Of a stretch of 64,000 nt of DNA, positions 23,364 through 35,392 are shown piece by piece; position 1 is the first letter of the stretch, and every line of letters starts with the position of its first letter. The stretch is from Escherichia coli. GTDB taxonomy: Bacteria > Pseudomonadota > Gammaproteobacteria > Enterobacterales > Enterobacteriaceae. The position numbers and the translations under genes are program-made. The stretch lies in NCBI RefSeq assembly GCF_003018255.1, contig NZ_CP027440.1; one strand, 5' to 3'. The notes under the pieces were generated by a model that saw only the letters and a list, made by a program, of their open reading frames with translations, was not told the origin of the DNA and ran no database searches.

Positions 23364-24033
23364 ATGTTATTTTGTCACCGGAACGGATACCGAAGTGGGG
23401 AAAACTGTCGCCAGCTGCGCGCTTTTACAAGCCGCAAAGGCAGCAGGCTACCGGACGGCAGGTTATAAACCGGTGGCCTCTGGCAGCGAAAAGACCCCGA
23501 AAGGCTTACGTAATAGTGACGCGCTGGCGTTACAGCGCAACAGTAGCCTGCAGCTGGATTACGCAACGGTAAATCCTTACACCTTCGCAGAACCCACCTC
23601 GCCGCATATCATCAGCGCGCAAGAGGGCAGGCCGATAGAATCATTGGTAATGAGCGCCGGATTACGCGCGCTTGAACAACAGGCTGACTGGGTGTTAGTG
23701 GAAGGTGCTGGCGGCTGGTTTACGCCGCTTTCTGACACTTTCACTTTTGCGGATTGGGTAACACAGGAACAACTGCCGGTGATACTGGTAGTTGGTGTGA
23801 AACTCGGCTGTATTAATCACGCGATGTTGACTGCGCAGGCAATACTACACGCCGGACTGACTCTGGCGGGGTGGGTGGCGAACGATGTCACGCCTCCGGG
23901 AAAACGTCACGCTGAATATATGACCACGCTCACCCGCATGATTCCCGCGCCGCTGCTGGGCGAAATTCCCTGGCTTGCAGAAAATCCAGAAAATGCGGCA
24001 ACCGGAAAGTACATCAATCTTGCCTTAATGTAG
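23356..24033 (+). CDS. bioD: dethiobiotin synthetase
   Basis: GTG-initiated (M)[19 protein letters not shown] with P-loop, 225 aa; the ORF track opens 6 nt upstream at a TTG. Confidence 0.9.
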   Translation: MSKCYFVTGTDTEVGKTVASCALLQAAKAAGYRTAGYKPVASGSEKTPKGLRNSDALALQRNSSLQLDYATVNPYTFAEPTSPHIISAQEGRPIESLVMSAGLRALEQQADWVLVEGAGGWFTPLSDTFTFADWVTQEQLPVILVVGVKLGCINHAMLTAQAILHAGLTLAGWVANDVTPPGKRHAEYMTTLTRMIPAPLLGEIPWLAENPENAATGKYINLALM

Positions 24034-24040
24034 TCATCCT

Positions 24041-24098
24041 GTAATTGGTTAAATTGCGAGCGAGATCGTGTCTCCGATTGACTGCAATTTAACCAATT
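24041..24098. repeat. long inverted repeat (15-16 bp arms, 26-nt spacer) just downstream of bioD
   Basis: gtaattggttaaattgc ... gcaatttaaccaattaa; no U-tract on either strand, so not a canonical intrinsic terminator. Confidence 0.7.
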
Positions 24099-24192
24099 AA
24101 ATTCTAAAAAAATCACGAAAAAAATTTTACCTCCGCATCATGCGGTGAATGTGGGAATTGCCCAGGCGGCGGGGGATAGGGGCTGCAGACAG

Positions 24193-24215
24193 TTATCCAC
24201 TATTCCTGTGGATAA
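24193..24215. promoter_or_regulatory. inverted pair of DnaA-box-like 9-mers upstream of uvrB
   Basis: ttatccact and tgtggataa (consensus TTATNCACA) in opposite orientation. Confidence 0.55.
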
Positions 24216-24519
24216 CCATGTGTATTAGAGTTAGAAAACACGAGGCAAGCGAGAGAATACGCGGCTTGCACGCGAATTGGCGTTAAAGACGGCTCAAAGA
24301 AATATCTTTTATTTTTTAACAGGTTAGATAATTGCAATGGCAGTCACTGAACAGGCATCTCTTGCCATAAAACTGTCATCAATCATCTTGACAAATGTTA
24401 AAAAAGCCGTTGCTTTGGGGATAACCCGGTAAGGCCGGAGTTTTATCTCGCCGCAGAGTAAATTTTGCTCATGATTGACAGCGGAGTTTACGCTGTAACA
24501 GAAATATTATGGTGATGAA

Positions 24520-24535
24520 CTGTTTTTTTATCCAG
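24520..24535. promoter_or_regulatory. LexA (SOS) box of the uvrB promoter
   Basis: ctgtttttttatccag fits CTGT-N8-ACAG, about 80 bp upstream of the uvrB ATG and overlapping a tataat-like -10. Confidence 0.75.
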
Positions 24536-24611
24536 TATAATTTGTTGGCATAATTAAGTACGACGAGTAAAATTACATACCTGCCCGCCCAACTCCTTCA
24601 GGTAGCGACTC

Positions 24612-26633
24612 ATGAGTAAACCGTTCAAACTGAATTCCGCTTTTAAACCTTCTGGCGATCAGCCGGAGGCGATTCGACGTCTCGAAGAGGGGCTGGAAGA
24701 TGGCCTGGCGCACCAGACGTTACTTGGCGTGACTGGCTCCGGGAAAACCTTCACCATTGCCAATGTCATTGCTGACCTTCAGCGCCCAACCATGGTACTT
24801 GCGCCCAACAAAACGCTGGCGGCCCAGCTGTATGGCGAAATGAAAGAATTCTTCCCGGAAAACGCGGTGGAATATTTCGTCTCCTACTACGACTACTATC
24901 AGCCGGAGGCCTATGTACCGAGTTCCGACACCTTCATTGAGAAAGATGCCTCGGTAAACGAACATATCGAACAGATGCGTTTGTCCGCCACCAAAGCGAT
25001 GCTGGAGCGGCGTGATGTGGTTGTGGTGGCGTCTGTTTCCGCGATTTATGGTCTGGGCGATCCTGATTTATATCTCAAGATGATGCTCCATCTCACGGTC
25101 GGTATGATTATCGATCAGCGCGCGATCCTGCGCCGACTGGCGGAGCTGCAATATGCTCGTAATGATCAAGCCTTCCAGCGTGGTACTTTCCGTGTTCGTG
25201 GCGAGGTGATTGATATCTTCCCGGCAGAATCGGATGACATTGCACTTCGCGTGGAGCTGTTTGACGAGGAAGTGGAACGATTGTCGTTATTTGACCCGCT
25301 GACCGGGCAGATTGTTTCCACTATTCCACGTTTTACCATCTACCCGAAAACGCACTACGTCACGCCACGCGAGCGCATCGTCCAGGCGATGGAGGAGATC
25401 AAAGAAGAGCTGGCCGCCAGACGTAAAGTGCTATTGGAAAACAACAAACTGCTGGAAGAGCAGCGGCTGACCCAGCGTACCCAGTTTGATCTGGAGATGA
25501 TGAACGAGCTAGGCTACTGTTCGGGGATTGAGAACTACTCGCGCTTCCTCTCCGGTCGTGGACCGGGTGAGCCACCGCCGACGCTGTTTGATTACCTGCC
25601 TGCTGATGGGCTGCTGGTGGTCGATGAATCTCACGTCACCATTCCACAAATTGGCGGCATGTATCGCGGTGACCGGGCGCGTAAAGAGACACTGGTGGAG
25701 TACGGCTTCCGCCTGCCATCAGCGCTGGATAACCGTCCGCTGAAATTTGAAGAGTTCGAAGCATTAGCGCCGCAAACCATCTATGTTTCGGCGACGCCGG
25801 GTAATTACGAGCTGGAAAAATCCGGTGGCGATGTGGTGGATCAGGTGGTGCGTCCAACAGGCTTACTCGACCCGATTATCGAAGTGCGGCCAGTGGCAAC
25901 ACAGGTGGATGATCTTCTTTCGGAGATTCGTCAGCGAGCGGCAATTAACGAACGCGTACTGGTTACAACTCTGACCAAGCGGATGGCGGAAGATCTCACT
26001 GAATATCTCGAAGAACACGGTGAGCGCGTGCGTTATCTTCACTCAGATATCGACACCGTCGAACGTATGGAGATTATCCGCGACTTGCGTCTGGGTGAGT
26101 TCGACGTATTGGTAGGGATCAACTTACTGCGCGAAGGTCTGGATATGCCGGAAGTTTCGCTGGTGGCGATCCTCGACGCTGACAAAGAAGGCTTCCTGCG
26201 TTCCGAACGTTCGTTGATCCAGACCATTGGTCGTGCGGCACGTAACGTTAACGGTAAAGCGATTCTCTACGGCGATAAGATCACCCCATCAATGGCGAAA
26301 GCGATTGGCGAAACCGAACGTCGCCGCGAGAAACAGCAGAAGTACAACGAGGAACACGGCATTACGCCGCAAGGCTTGAACAAGAAAGTGGTCGATATCC
26401 TGGCGCTGGGGCAGAACATTGCCAAAACCAAAGCGAAGGGCAGAGGAAAATCGCGACCGATTGTTGAGCCGGATAATGTGCCGATGGATATGTCGCCTAA
26501 AGCGTTGCAGCAGAAAATCCATGAACTGGAAGGGTTGATGATGCAACACGCGCAGAATCTGGAGTTCGAAGAAGCGGCACAAATTCGTGACCAGTTGCAT
26601 CAGCTGCGTGAGTTGTTCATTGCGGCTTCGTGA
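24612..26633 (+). CDS. uvrB: excinuclease ABC subunit B
   Basis: 673-aa [30 protein letters not shown] with Walker A GVTGSGKT and helicase motifs. Confidence 0.97.
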
Positions 26634-26670
26634 CAGGATAACGAAGAAGACAGATGACAAAAGCAAAATT

Positions 26671-26770
26671 GCCTGATGTGCTACGCTTATCAGGCCTACA
26701 TGATCTCTGCAATACATTGAATTAGCGCGGTTTGTAGGCCGGATAAGGCTTTCACGCCGCATCCGGCATA
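26671..26770. repeat. REP/BIME cluster
   Basis: gcctgatgtgctacgcttatcaggcctac and gtaggccggataaggctttcacgccgcatccggca between convergent uvrB and ybhK. Confidence 0.85.
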
Positions 26771-26824
26771 AACAACGCGCACTTTGTCTTCAATAGGAAG
26801 CCGGAATTTTCCTTCGGCTTTCCG

Positions 26825-27793
<969 letters not shown>

Positions 27794-27930
27794 TTAACCT
27801 GCCAATATTGAGGATACAAACTATTTTCTTCTACCTCTAAAGGACGATGTACGCTATGCCTTCCTGATGATGTATATCAAAGTAAAACCGCCATTTTCCC
27901 TTATTCTGTAGCGAAATAGCACGATCATGA

Positions 27931-27954
27931 CGCTATATACATGATTACATAGCG
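27931..27954. promoter_or_regulatory. ModE-type operator upstream of moaA
   Basis: cgcTATATacatgatTACATagcg fits TATAT-N7-TACAT and is palindromic at its ends. Confidence 0.55.
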
Positions 27955-27994
27955 AAAGTGTGGATGGTAAAAATCTCATTTACACGCTAGTATC

Positions 27995-28125
27995 GGCTTA
28001 ACCACTAAACACTCTAGCCTCTGCACCTGGGTCAACTGATACGGTGCTTTGGCCGTGACAATGCTCGTAAAGATTGCCACCAGGGCGAAGGAAGAAATGA
28101 CTTCGCCTCCCGTATCTGGAAAGGT
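27995..28125 (+). ncRNA. molybdenum cofactor (Moco) riboswitch / moaA leader
   Basis: Structured GC-rich leader directly 5' of moaA (ctctgcacctgggtcaactgatacggtgctttggccgtgacaatgctcgtaaagattgccaccagggcgaaggaag...); the Moco RNA motif is established at this position in E. coli. Boundaries approximate. Confidence 0.55.
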
Positions 28126-28129
28126 GTAC

Positions 28130-29119
28130 ATGGCTTCACAACTGACTGATGCATTTGCGCGTAAGTTTTACTACTTGCGCCTGTCGATTACTGATGTGTG
28201 TAACTTTCGTTGCACCTACTGCCTGCCGGATGGCTACAAACCGAGCGGCGTCACCAATAAAGGCTTTCTTACCGTCGATGAAATTCGCCGGGTTACGCGC
28301 GCCTTTGCCAGTCTGGGCACCGAAAAAGTGCGCCTGACAGGCGGTGAGCCGTCTTTACGCCGCGACTTTACCGATATCATCGCCGCTGTGCGGGAAAACG
28401 ACGCTATCCGCCAGATTGCGGTCACCACCAATGGTTACCGTCTGGAACGCGATGTGGCGAACTGGCGCGATGCGGGACTTACTGGCATCAACGTCAGCGT
28501 TGATAGCCTTGACGCTCGCCAGTTTCATGCCATTACCGGGCAGGATAAATTCAACCAGGTCATGGCAGGGATCGATGCTGCATTTGAGGCCGGTTTTGAG
28601 AAGGTCAAAGTCAATACCGTGCTGATGCGTGATGTTAATCATCATCAGCTCGACACCTTTCTGAACTGGATCCAGCATCGCCCTATCCAGCTGCGTTTCA
28701 TCGAATTGATGGAAACGGGTGAGGGCAGCGAGCTCTTCCGTAAGCATCACATCTCTGGTCAGGTTCTGCGTGACGAGCTACTGCGTCGCGGCTGGATCCA
28801 CCAATTACGTCAACGCAGCGACGGTCCCGCGCAAGTCTTTTGTCATCCGGATTACGCCGGAGAGATTGGCCTTATCATGCCGTATGAAAAAGACTTCTGC
28901 GCCACTTGCAACCGCCTGCGCGTTTCCTCCATTGGTAAACTCCATCTCTGCCTGTTTGGTGAAGGCGGCGTTAACCTGCGCGATCTGCTGGAAGACGATA
29001 CCCAGCAACAGGCGCTGGAAGCGCGTATTTCAGCGGCGCTGCGGGAGAAGAAACAGACCCATTTCCTGCATCAAAACAACACCGGTATTACGCAAAACTT
29101 ATCGTACATTGGCGGCTAA
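28130..29119 (+). CDS. moaA: GTP 3',8-cyclase (radical SAM) MoaA
   Basis: ORF trimmed to [31 protein letters not shown] (CxxxCxxC), 329 aa. Confidence 0.95.
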
Positions 29120-29140
29120 AACGTCAAAAGGAGAGATCAG

Positions 29141-29653
29141 ATGAGTCAGGTAAGCACTGAATTTATCCCGACCCGTATTGCTATTCTTACGGTTTCTAAT
29201 CGTCGTGGTGAAGAAGACGATACCTCCGGTCACTATCTGCGCGATTCGGCGCAGGAAGCGGGCCATCACGTTGTCGATAAAGCCATTGTGAAAGAAAACC
29301 GCTACGCTATTCGCGCTCAGGTATCTGCGTGGATCGCCAGCGACGATGTACAAGTGGTATTGATTACGGGTGGTACTGGCCTGACGGAAGGTGATCAGGC
29401 TCCCGAAGCGCTGCTGCCGTTGTTCGACCGTGAAGTTGAAGGTTTTGGTGAAGTGTTCCGGATGTTGTCGTTTGAAGAGATTGGCACCTCAACGTTGCAA
29501 TCTCGTGCGGTAGCGGGCGTCGCTAACAAAACGCTGATTTTCGCCATGCCGGGTTCGACCAAAGCGTGCCGCACCGCGTGGGAAAATATCATCGCGCCGC
29601 AGCTCGATGCCCGTACACGTCCATGCAATTTCCATCCACATTTGAAGAAATAA
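29141..29653 (+). CDS. moaB: MoaB (MogA-like molybdopterin-binding protein)
   Basis: 170-aa [30 protein letters not shown]. Confidence 0.93.
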
Positions 29654-29655
29654 GT

Positions 29656-30141
29656 ATGTCGCAACTGACCCATATCAACGCCGCTGGCGAAGCACACATG
29701 GTGGATGTCTCCGCCAAAGCGGAAACCGTGCGTGAAGCGCGGGCGGAAGCCTTTGTCACCATGCGCAGCGAGACGCTGGCGATGATTATTGATGGTCGCC
29801 ACCACAAAGGCGACGTATTTGCCACTGCGCGTATCGCCGGTATTCAGGCGGCAAAACGCACCTGGGATCTGATCCCGCTGTGTCACCCGCTGATGCTCAG
29901 CAAAGTTGAAGTCAATTTACAGGCCGAGCCGGAGCACAATCGGGTACGTATAGAAACCTTATGCCGCCTGACCGGGAAAACCGGTGTCGAAATGGAAGCG
30001 TTAACCGCGGCCTCCGTGGCGGCGCTGACCATTTATGACATGTGCAAAGCGGTGCAAAAAGATATGGTAATTGGTCCGGTACGTTTGCTGGCGAAGAGCG
30101 GCGGCAAGTCGGGTGACTTTAAGGTGGAAGCGGATGATTAA
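29656..30141 (+). CDS. moaC: cyclic pyranopterin monophosphate synthase MoaC
   Basis: ORF trimmed to [21 protein letters not shown] (161 aa). Confidence 0.93.
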
Positions 30142-30379
30142 AGTTCTTTTTTTCGCCCAGGTGCGCGAGTTGGTGGGAACAGATGCAACCGAAGTGGCTG
30201 CGGATTTCCCAACCGTTGAAGCGTTACGCCAACATCTGGCTGCGCAGAGCGATCGCTGGGCGCTGGCGCTGGAAGATGGCAAATTGCTGGCTGCCGTCAA
30301 CCAGACGCTGGTGAGTCTTGACCATCCGCTGACTGACGGCGACGAAGTGGCTTTCTTCCCGCCGGTAACCGGAGGTTAA
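30134..30379 (+). CDS. moaD: molybdopterin synthase sulfur-carrier subunit MoaD
   Basis: ORF trimmed to [17 protein letters not shown] ... PPVTGG (81 aa, C-terminal GG); start overlaps the moaC stop. Confidence 0.92.
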
Positions 30380-30380
30380 G

Positions 30381-30833
30381 ATGGCAGAAACCAAAATTGT
30401 TGTCGGCCCGCAGCCATTCAGCGTAGGAGAAGAGTATCCGTGGCTGGCGGAGCGTGATGAAGACGGTGCGGTAGTCACCTTTACCGGTAAGGTGCGCAAC
30501 CATAACCTTGGCGACAGCGTCAAAGCATTAACCCTCGAACACTATCCGGGGATGACTGAAAAAGCACTGGCAGAAATTGTCGATGAAGCGCGTAACCGCT
30601 GGCCGCTGGGGCGCGTCACGGTGATTCACCGCATCGGGGAATTATGGCCGGGAGATGAAATCGTTTTTGTCGGTGTCACCAGTGCGCATCGCAGCAGTGC
30701 GTTTGAAGCCGGGCAGTTTATTATGGATTATCTCAAAACCCGCGCACCGTTCTGGAAGCGTGAAGCCACGCCGGAAGGCGACCGCTGGGTTGAAGCTCGG
30801 GAGAGCGATCAGCAGGCGGCAAAACGCTGGTAG
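30381..30833 (+). CDS. moaE: molybdopterin synthase catalytic subunit MoaE
   Basis: 150-aa ORF MAETKIVVGPQPFSVGEEYPWLAERDEDGAVVTFTGKVR. Confidence 0.94.
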   Translation: MAETKIVVGPQPFSVGEEYPWLAERDEDGAVVTFTGKVRNHNLGDSVKALTLEHYPGMTEKALAEIVDEARNRWPLGRVTVIHRIGELWPGDEIVFVGVTSAHRSSAFEAGQFIMDYLKTRAPFWKREATPEGDRWVEARESDQQAAKRW

Positions 30834-30969
30834 TTTTTTGTTAGCCGGATAAGGCACCGCTGCGTCCGGCAATTTCACCGCTCAGTACATGCGTTTACGC
30901 TGCGTCGATGCACAGCCTCATCATTTTGCAGTATCCTTAAGATATTCCTTATATCTTCAGGAGATCGTC

Positions 30970-31674
30970 ATGGACAGATTCCCACGTTCTGATTCAATTG
31001 TACAACCCCGGGCTGGCTTGCAAACTTATATGGCGCAAGTCTATGGCTGGATGACCGTTGGCTTGTTGCTGACCGCATTTGTTGCCTGGTATGCGGCTAA
31101 TTCCGCGGCCGTGATGGAGCTGTTGTTCACTAACCGTGTCTTTTTAATCGGTCTGATCATCGCGCAATTAGCATTGGTTATTGTGTTATCAGCGATGATT
31201 CAAAAGCTGAGCGCAGGTGTAACGACGATGCTCTTTATGCTTTATTCGGCGCTGACGGGTCTTACGCTTTCCAGTATTTTCATTGTTTATACCGCTGCTT
31301 CTATCGCCAGTACTTTCGTCGTTACTGCCGGAATGTTTGGCGCAATGAGCCTGTACGGTTACACCACGAAGCGCGATCTAAGCGGCTTTGGCAATATGCT
31401 GTTTATGGCGTTAATCGGCATTGTGCTGGCATCGCTGGTCAACTTCTGGCTGAAAAGCGAAGCATTGATGTGGGCAGTTACCTACATTGGCGTGATTGTC
31501 TTTGTCGGATTGACGGCGTATGACACGCAGAAATTGAAAAATATGGGTGAGCAGATTGATACCCGCGACACGTCGAACCTGCGCAAATATTCCATTCTTG
31601 GCGCGTTAACCTTGTATCTGGACTTCATCAACTTGTTCCTGATGTTGTTGCGGATCTTCGGCAACCGCCGTTAA
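30970..31674 (+). CDS. ybhL: BAX inhibitor-1 (BI-1/YccA) family inner membrane protein
   Basis: ORF trimmed to MDRFPRSDSIVQPRAGLQTYMAQVYGWMTVGLLLTAF (234 aa), 7-TM profile. Confidence 0.9.
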   Translation: MDRFPRSDSIVQPRAGLQTYMAQVYGWMTVGLLLTAFVAWYAANSAAVMELLFTNRVFLIGLIIAQLALVIVLSAMIQKLSAGVTTMLFMLYSALTGLTLSSIFIVYTAASIASTFVVTAGMFGAMSLYGYTTKRDLSGFGNMLFMALIGIVLASLVNFWLKSEALMWAVTYIGVIVFVGLTAYDTQKLKNMGEQIDTRDTSNLRKYSILGALTLYLDFINLFLMLLRIFGNRR

Positions 31675-31691
31675 TTCTTTTTCACCATCAA

Positions 31692-31720
31692 TATCCCGGC
31701 CATGTGTCGGGATTTTTTTC
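31692..31720 (+). terminator. rho-independent terminator after ybhL
   Basis: atcccggc-catgtg-tcgggat followed by ttttttc. Confidence 0.65.
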
Positions 31721-31879
31721 TTACGAAAAAACGACACTTAACAAGTACCAAGTATAAAATATGCCTTATGGCCGAGCGGAAGTGTTTTCCGTATCCATAA
31801 ATACAAAAGTATTTTGTATGCGTGGCTTTAAATTTATTGATGGTGAATATTAATATTTTTTCTAAGGATAACTAAAAGA

Positions 31880-32269
31880 ATGGAATCATACTCGCAAAGC
31901 AGCAATAAATTAGATTTTCAGCACGAAGCCAGGATATTAAACGGCATATGGCTCATTACCGCTTTGGGTTTGGTGACAACCGCAGGACTGGCCCTGGTGA
32001 TCATCAGGAATGCCGCATTAATGAGTGAACGGCCCATTTGGGTAATAAGTTGCTTAATGATTGTTTTATGGTCAGGCATTATCTCGCATGGACGAAATAA
32101 GCTCCTTGAACTGGCAGGAAAATGCCATAGCGAAGAGTTGTGGAGTCCGGTTAGTTGCGCTTTTACAGGTGCATTAACACTCTATTACTATTTTATCGGC
32201 TTCTTTGGGATACTTGCCGCGATAGCTATAACGCTTGTCTGGCAAAGGCATACGCGGTTTTTTCATTAG
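31880..32269 (+). CDS. ybhM: small inner membrane protein, YbhM-like, shorter than I recall for K-12
   Basis: 129-aa ORF MESYSQSSNKLDFQHEARILNGIWLITALGLVTTAGLALVII with 3-4 hydrophobic segments, at the ybhM position. Confidence 0.6.
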   Translation: MESYSQSSNKLDFQHEARILNGIWLITALGLVTTAGLALVIIRNAALMSERPIWVISCLMIVLWSGIISHGRNKLLELAGKCHSEELWSPVSCAFTGALTLYYYFIGFFGILAAIAITLVWQRHTRFFH

Positions 32270-32304
32270 TCGTAAATGCACATACTAAAGAACTTAACCG
32301 AACT

Positions 32305-33261
32305 TCACATCGCCGCTTCATTTTTCGCCCGCAGCTTCTTCGCCTGGCTTTCCAGTAGCAGGTAACAGATCAGCGCCAGCAGCAGTGGGATAAAGTAATA
32401 CAGCACACGGTAAGCGAGTAGGGCGGCGATAATGCTACCTTTGGAGGTATGCTCCCCAGCCAGTAGTGCGATAAACACCGCTTCCAGCACACCAATCCCC
32501 GCCGGAATATGCACAATCACCCCGGCAATACTACTAACCAGCAACACGCCCAGTACAAAGAAATAGTTCACGCTTTGACCAAGTAACAGCCAGATTATCG
32601 CTCCCATGACCATCCAGTTAACGCTGGAAATCAGCATCTGGGCGAGGGCGAATTTCCATGAAGGCAGCACCAGCTTTTGCCCTTTGATGGTCATATGGCG
32701 GTGCTTCGCGAAAGCGCAAAACCACAAATAAACCGCGATAATCATCAATAAGCCAATGCCGAGAATACGCAGCGTGGTTTGATCGACATACCAGTGATCC
32801 GGCAGCTCCACCACGCCTGCGGTAAAGATAATCCCGGCCAGCAAAATATAGCCCAGCCAGTTGGTGGTAATACTGAGCGAGAAAATCCGCGTAATAGTGC
32901 TGCCCGGTAACCCTAGCCGCGAGTACAAACGATAGCGCATACCTATGCCGCCGACCCAGGTACTGAGCGTCAGGTTGAAGGCGTAGCAGATAAACGACAC
33001 CAGCATCACCTGGCGCTTCGCCAGTTTGTGACCGCAGTAGAAACGGGCGAGCAGGTCATAGCAGCCGTAAATCAGATAGCTGACGACCACCAGCCCGACC
33101 GCACTGAGCAGCGCAACGCGATTGTAGTCGCGGATGACCTTCCAGACCTCTTCCCAGTCCACTTTTTTGGCGTAGACCACCAGCAACACAATCACCGCGA
33201 TAAAAAACAGCCAGGTGAGGATCTTCTTTGCTAAGCGCCAGCGCGGGTGTGATTTACTCAT
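32305..33261 (-). CDS. ybhN: inner membrane protein YbhN (lysylphosphatidylglycerol-synthase-like TM domain)
   Basis: 318-aa polytopic [33 protein letters not shown]; start overlaps the clsB stop. Confidence 0.9.
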   Translation of the reverse strand: MSKSHPRWRLAKKILTWLFFIAVIVLLVVYAKKVDWEEVWKVIRDYNRVALLSAVGLVVVSYLIYGCYDLLARFYCGHKLAKRQVMLVSFICYAFNLTLSTWVGGIGMRYRLYSRLGLPGSTITRIFSLSITTNWLGYILLAGIIFTAGVVELPDHWYVDQTTLRILGIGLLMIIAVYLWFCAFAKHRHMTIKGQKLVLPSWKFALAQMLISSVNWMVMGAIIWLLLGQSVNYFFVLGVLLVSSIAGVIVHIPAGIGVLEAVFIALLAGEHTSKGSIIAALLAYRVLYYFIPLLLALICYLLLESQAKKLRAKNEAAM

Positions 33262-34502
33262 CAGGGTTTTACCCCCGTGTTTTCAGTTTCTACCCGATCC
33301 TGCGTTTCCATTGTCGGTTGTGCGGGGGGATCAACCTGCGCCAGACGTGGTGTATGTGCCGGAAGCCAGCCAACCAGCGCCGGGAAGTGGCGTAAAAAGT
33401 GGAACGCCAGCACGCTTTTGGTCAGGTTCCACCAGGTGCGTTTCGGCAGCATGGTCTCATCGACCTGCTGACAATCTGCGGCAATAATGCCGTTCAGATT
33501 ATCGCGCAGCGTCTGGTTAAAATGACGATCGTGGATGATGACATTTGCTTCGAGATTCAGTGACAAACTGAGCGGATCGAGATTACTGGACCCTACTGTC
33601 GCCCAGTGATCGTCCATCAATGCCACTTTGCCGTGGAGCGGGCGGCGGCGGTACTCAAATACCTGAACGCCGCCTTTAACCAGATAGTTATACAGCAAGC
33701 GCGCACCGACTCTGACAATCGGCATATCCGGTTCGCCCTGAATGATCAGTTTGATCCGCACCCCGCGCCGTGCCGCTTTACGCAAGGCGTGTAAAAATCG
33801 ATAGCCGGGGAAGAAGTAGGCGTTGGCGATAATGACTTCTCGCCGCGCCTGAGTGAGCATTTTCAGATAGTGACGTTCAATATCATCGCGATGTTCTTCG
33901 TTATCGCGCCAGACCAGCAATACCTGCGCTTCTCCCGGCTGGCGGTTCTCTTCCGCTTTGTGATGACGTCGCCACCAGCGTCGTGCCGCGCTCTGTCCAG
34001 GCAGGTTTTCCAGCTCAAACTGGAGAATATCTTCGACAATCGGCCCTTCAAGGCGTACCGCGTAATCCTGTTTAGCCTCTGGACCGTAGCTGGACATATG
34101 CTCGGCGGAGTAATTCAGCCCGCCAATAAAGGCGATACGCGCGTCGATCACCACAATTTTGCGATGCATCCGGCGAAACACATTGGTGCGCATACCAAAA
34201 AGGCGAGGACGGGGATCGTAGTAGCGAAATACCACGCCAGCTGCCGTCAGTTCATTGACAAACTCATCGCTGAGATCCGGCGAACCGTAGCCATCCAGCA
34301 AGACTTCCGCTTTCACCCCGCGTTGCGCTGCTGCCAGTAGCGCCGCATGCAGCTGTTTGCCGACGTCATCCTCAAACCAGATAAACGTTTCAAGAATGAT
34401 GCGTTCTTGCGCCTCGCCAATCGCCTTAAACATCGCGGGATAATATTGCTCGCCGTTTTCCAGCAACTGGATCTTATTGCCTTCGCGCCAGCTACATTTC
34501 AT
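33261..34502 (-). CDS. clsB: cardiolipin synthase B (phospholipase D superfamily)
   Basis: 413-aa ORF with two HxK(x)4D motifs (HRKIVVID and HGKVALMD). Confidence 0.93.
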   Translation of the reverse strand: MKCSWREGNKIQLLENGEQYYPAMFKAIGEAQERIILETFIWFEDDVGKQLHAALLAAAQRGVKAEVLLDGYGSPDLSDEFVNELTAAGVVFRYYDPRPRLFGMRTNVFRRMHRKIVVIDARIAFIGGLNYSAEHMSSYGPEAKQDYAVRLEGPIVEDILQFELENLPGQSAARRWWRRHHKAEENRQPGEAQVLLVWRDNEEHRDDIERHYLKMLTQARREVIIANAYFFPGYRFLHALRKAARRGVRIKLIIQGEPDMPIVRVGARLLYNYLVKGGVQVFEYRRRPLHGKVALMDDHWATVGSSNLDPLSLSLNLEANVIIHDRHFNQTLRDNLNGIIAADCQQVDETMLPKRTWWNLTKSVLAFHFLRHFPALVGWLPAHTPRLAQVDPPAQPTMETQDRVETENTGVKP

Positions 34503-35260
34503 AAATGAATCTCCGCACTTAAAGGGGCATGATCAGAAAGGTGTCGCCATGTCCGCAGCGGCAACGCGGTTGGCGCGCTGGCGCTGGCATTTTTGACATA
34601 GATCCTGTCCAGACGTAGTAGAGGAAATTGCACCGGAAACGTGCGCGCCGGGCGTCCGTGGGCGCGGGTAAATATCTCATCCAGCCCGGCCTGCATTTTT
34701 AACGGATGATTAGCTTTTTGCCGCCAGTCGTTGAAATCACCCGCCACCAATACTGGTTCGCCGTCCGGCAGCTCATTCACCCATTCGGCGAGCATCGCAA
34801 GCTGCGCCTGACGGTGCGCCTCACGCAGGCCCAGATGTACGCACATCACATGAATCGCTTTCCCGGTCATCGGCGGCACAATGCGGCAGTAGAGCACGCC
34901 GCGCTTTTCCGCACCATCGACCGAAACATCGCGATTCTCATAATGTTCAATGGGATAACGTGAAAGAACCGCGTTGCCGTGATGCCCTTCCGGGTATACG
35001 GCATTGCGACCGTAGGCGAAATCGCTCCACATGGTGTCGGCGAGAAACTCGTAGTGCGAGGTATCGGGCCAGTTTTCCACATGCAGCGGATGAACTTCGT
35101 GCGCGCCCATCACTTCCTGCAGGCAAACAATATCGGCGCTGACGGTACGCACGGCGTCGCGAAGTTCCGGCAAAATGAAGCGTCGGTTAAACGCGGTAAA
35201 GCCTTTGTGAATATTGATGGTGAGCACCTTGAACGAAAATTGTTGTGTTTGATCGGGCAT
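34499..35260 (-). CDS. ybhP: endonuclease/exonuclease/phosphatase (EEP) family protein
   Basis: 253-aa [24 protein letters not shown]; overlaps the clsB start. Confidence 0.9.
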   Translation of the reverse strand: MPDQTQQFSFKVLTINIHKGFTAFNRRFILPELRDAVRTVSADIVCLQEVMGAHEVHPLHVENWPDTSHYEFLADTMWSDFAYGRNAVYPEGHHGNAVLSRYPIEHYENRDVSVDGAEKRGVLYCRIVPPMTGKAIHVMCVHLGLREAHRQAQLAMLAEWVNELPDGEPVLVAGDFNDWRQKANHPLKMQAGLDEIFTRAHGRPARTFPVQFPLLRLDRIYVKNASASAPTALPLRTWRHLSDHAPLSAEIHL

Positions 35261-35392
35261 AATTTTCCTGTCTTTGCCTCTTATCTCATTGAAATAGTGT
35301 AGTCGGCGTCACAAAAAGGTGCGGTCTTACGGAATTTTCCGTAAAGTTCGGTACTCTGAGTAAGTAGAGATAAATTCTTCAGGAGAGAAGCC

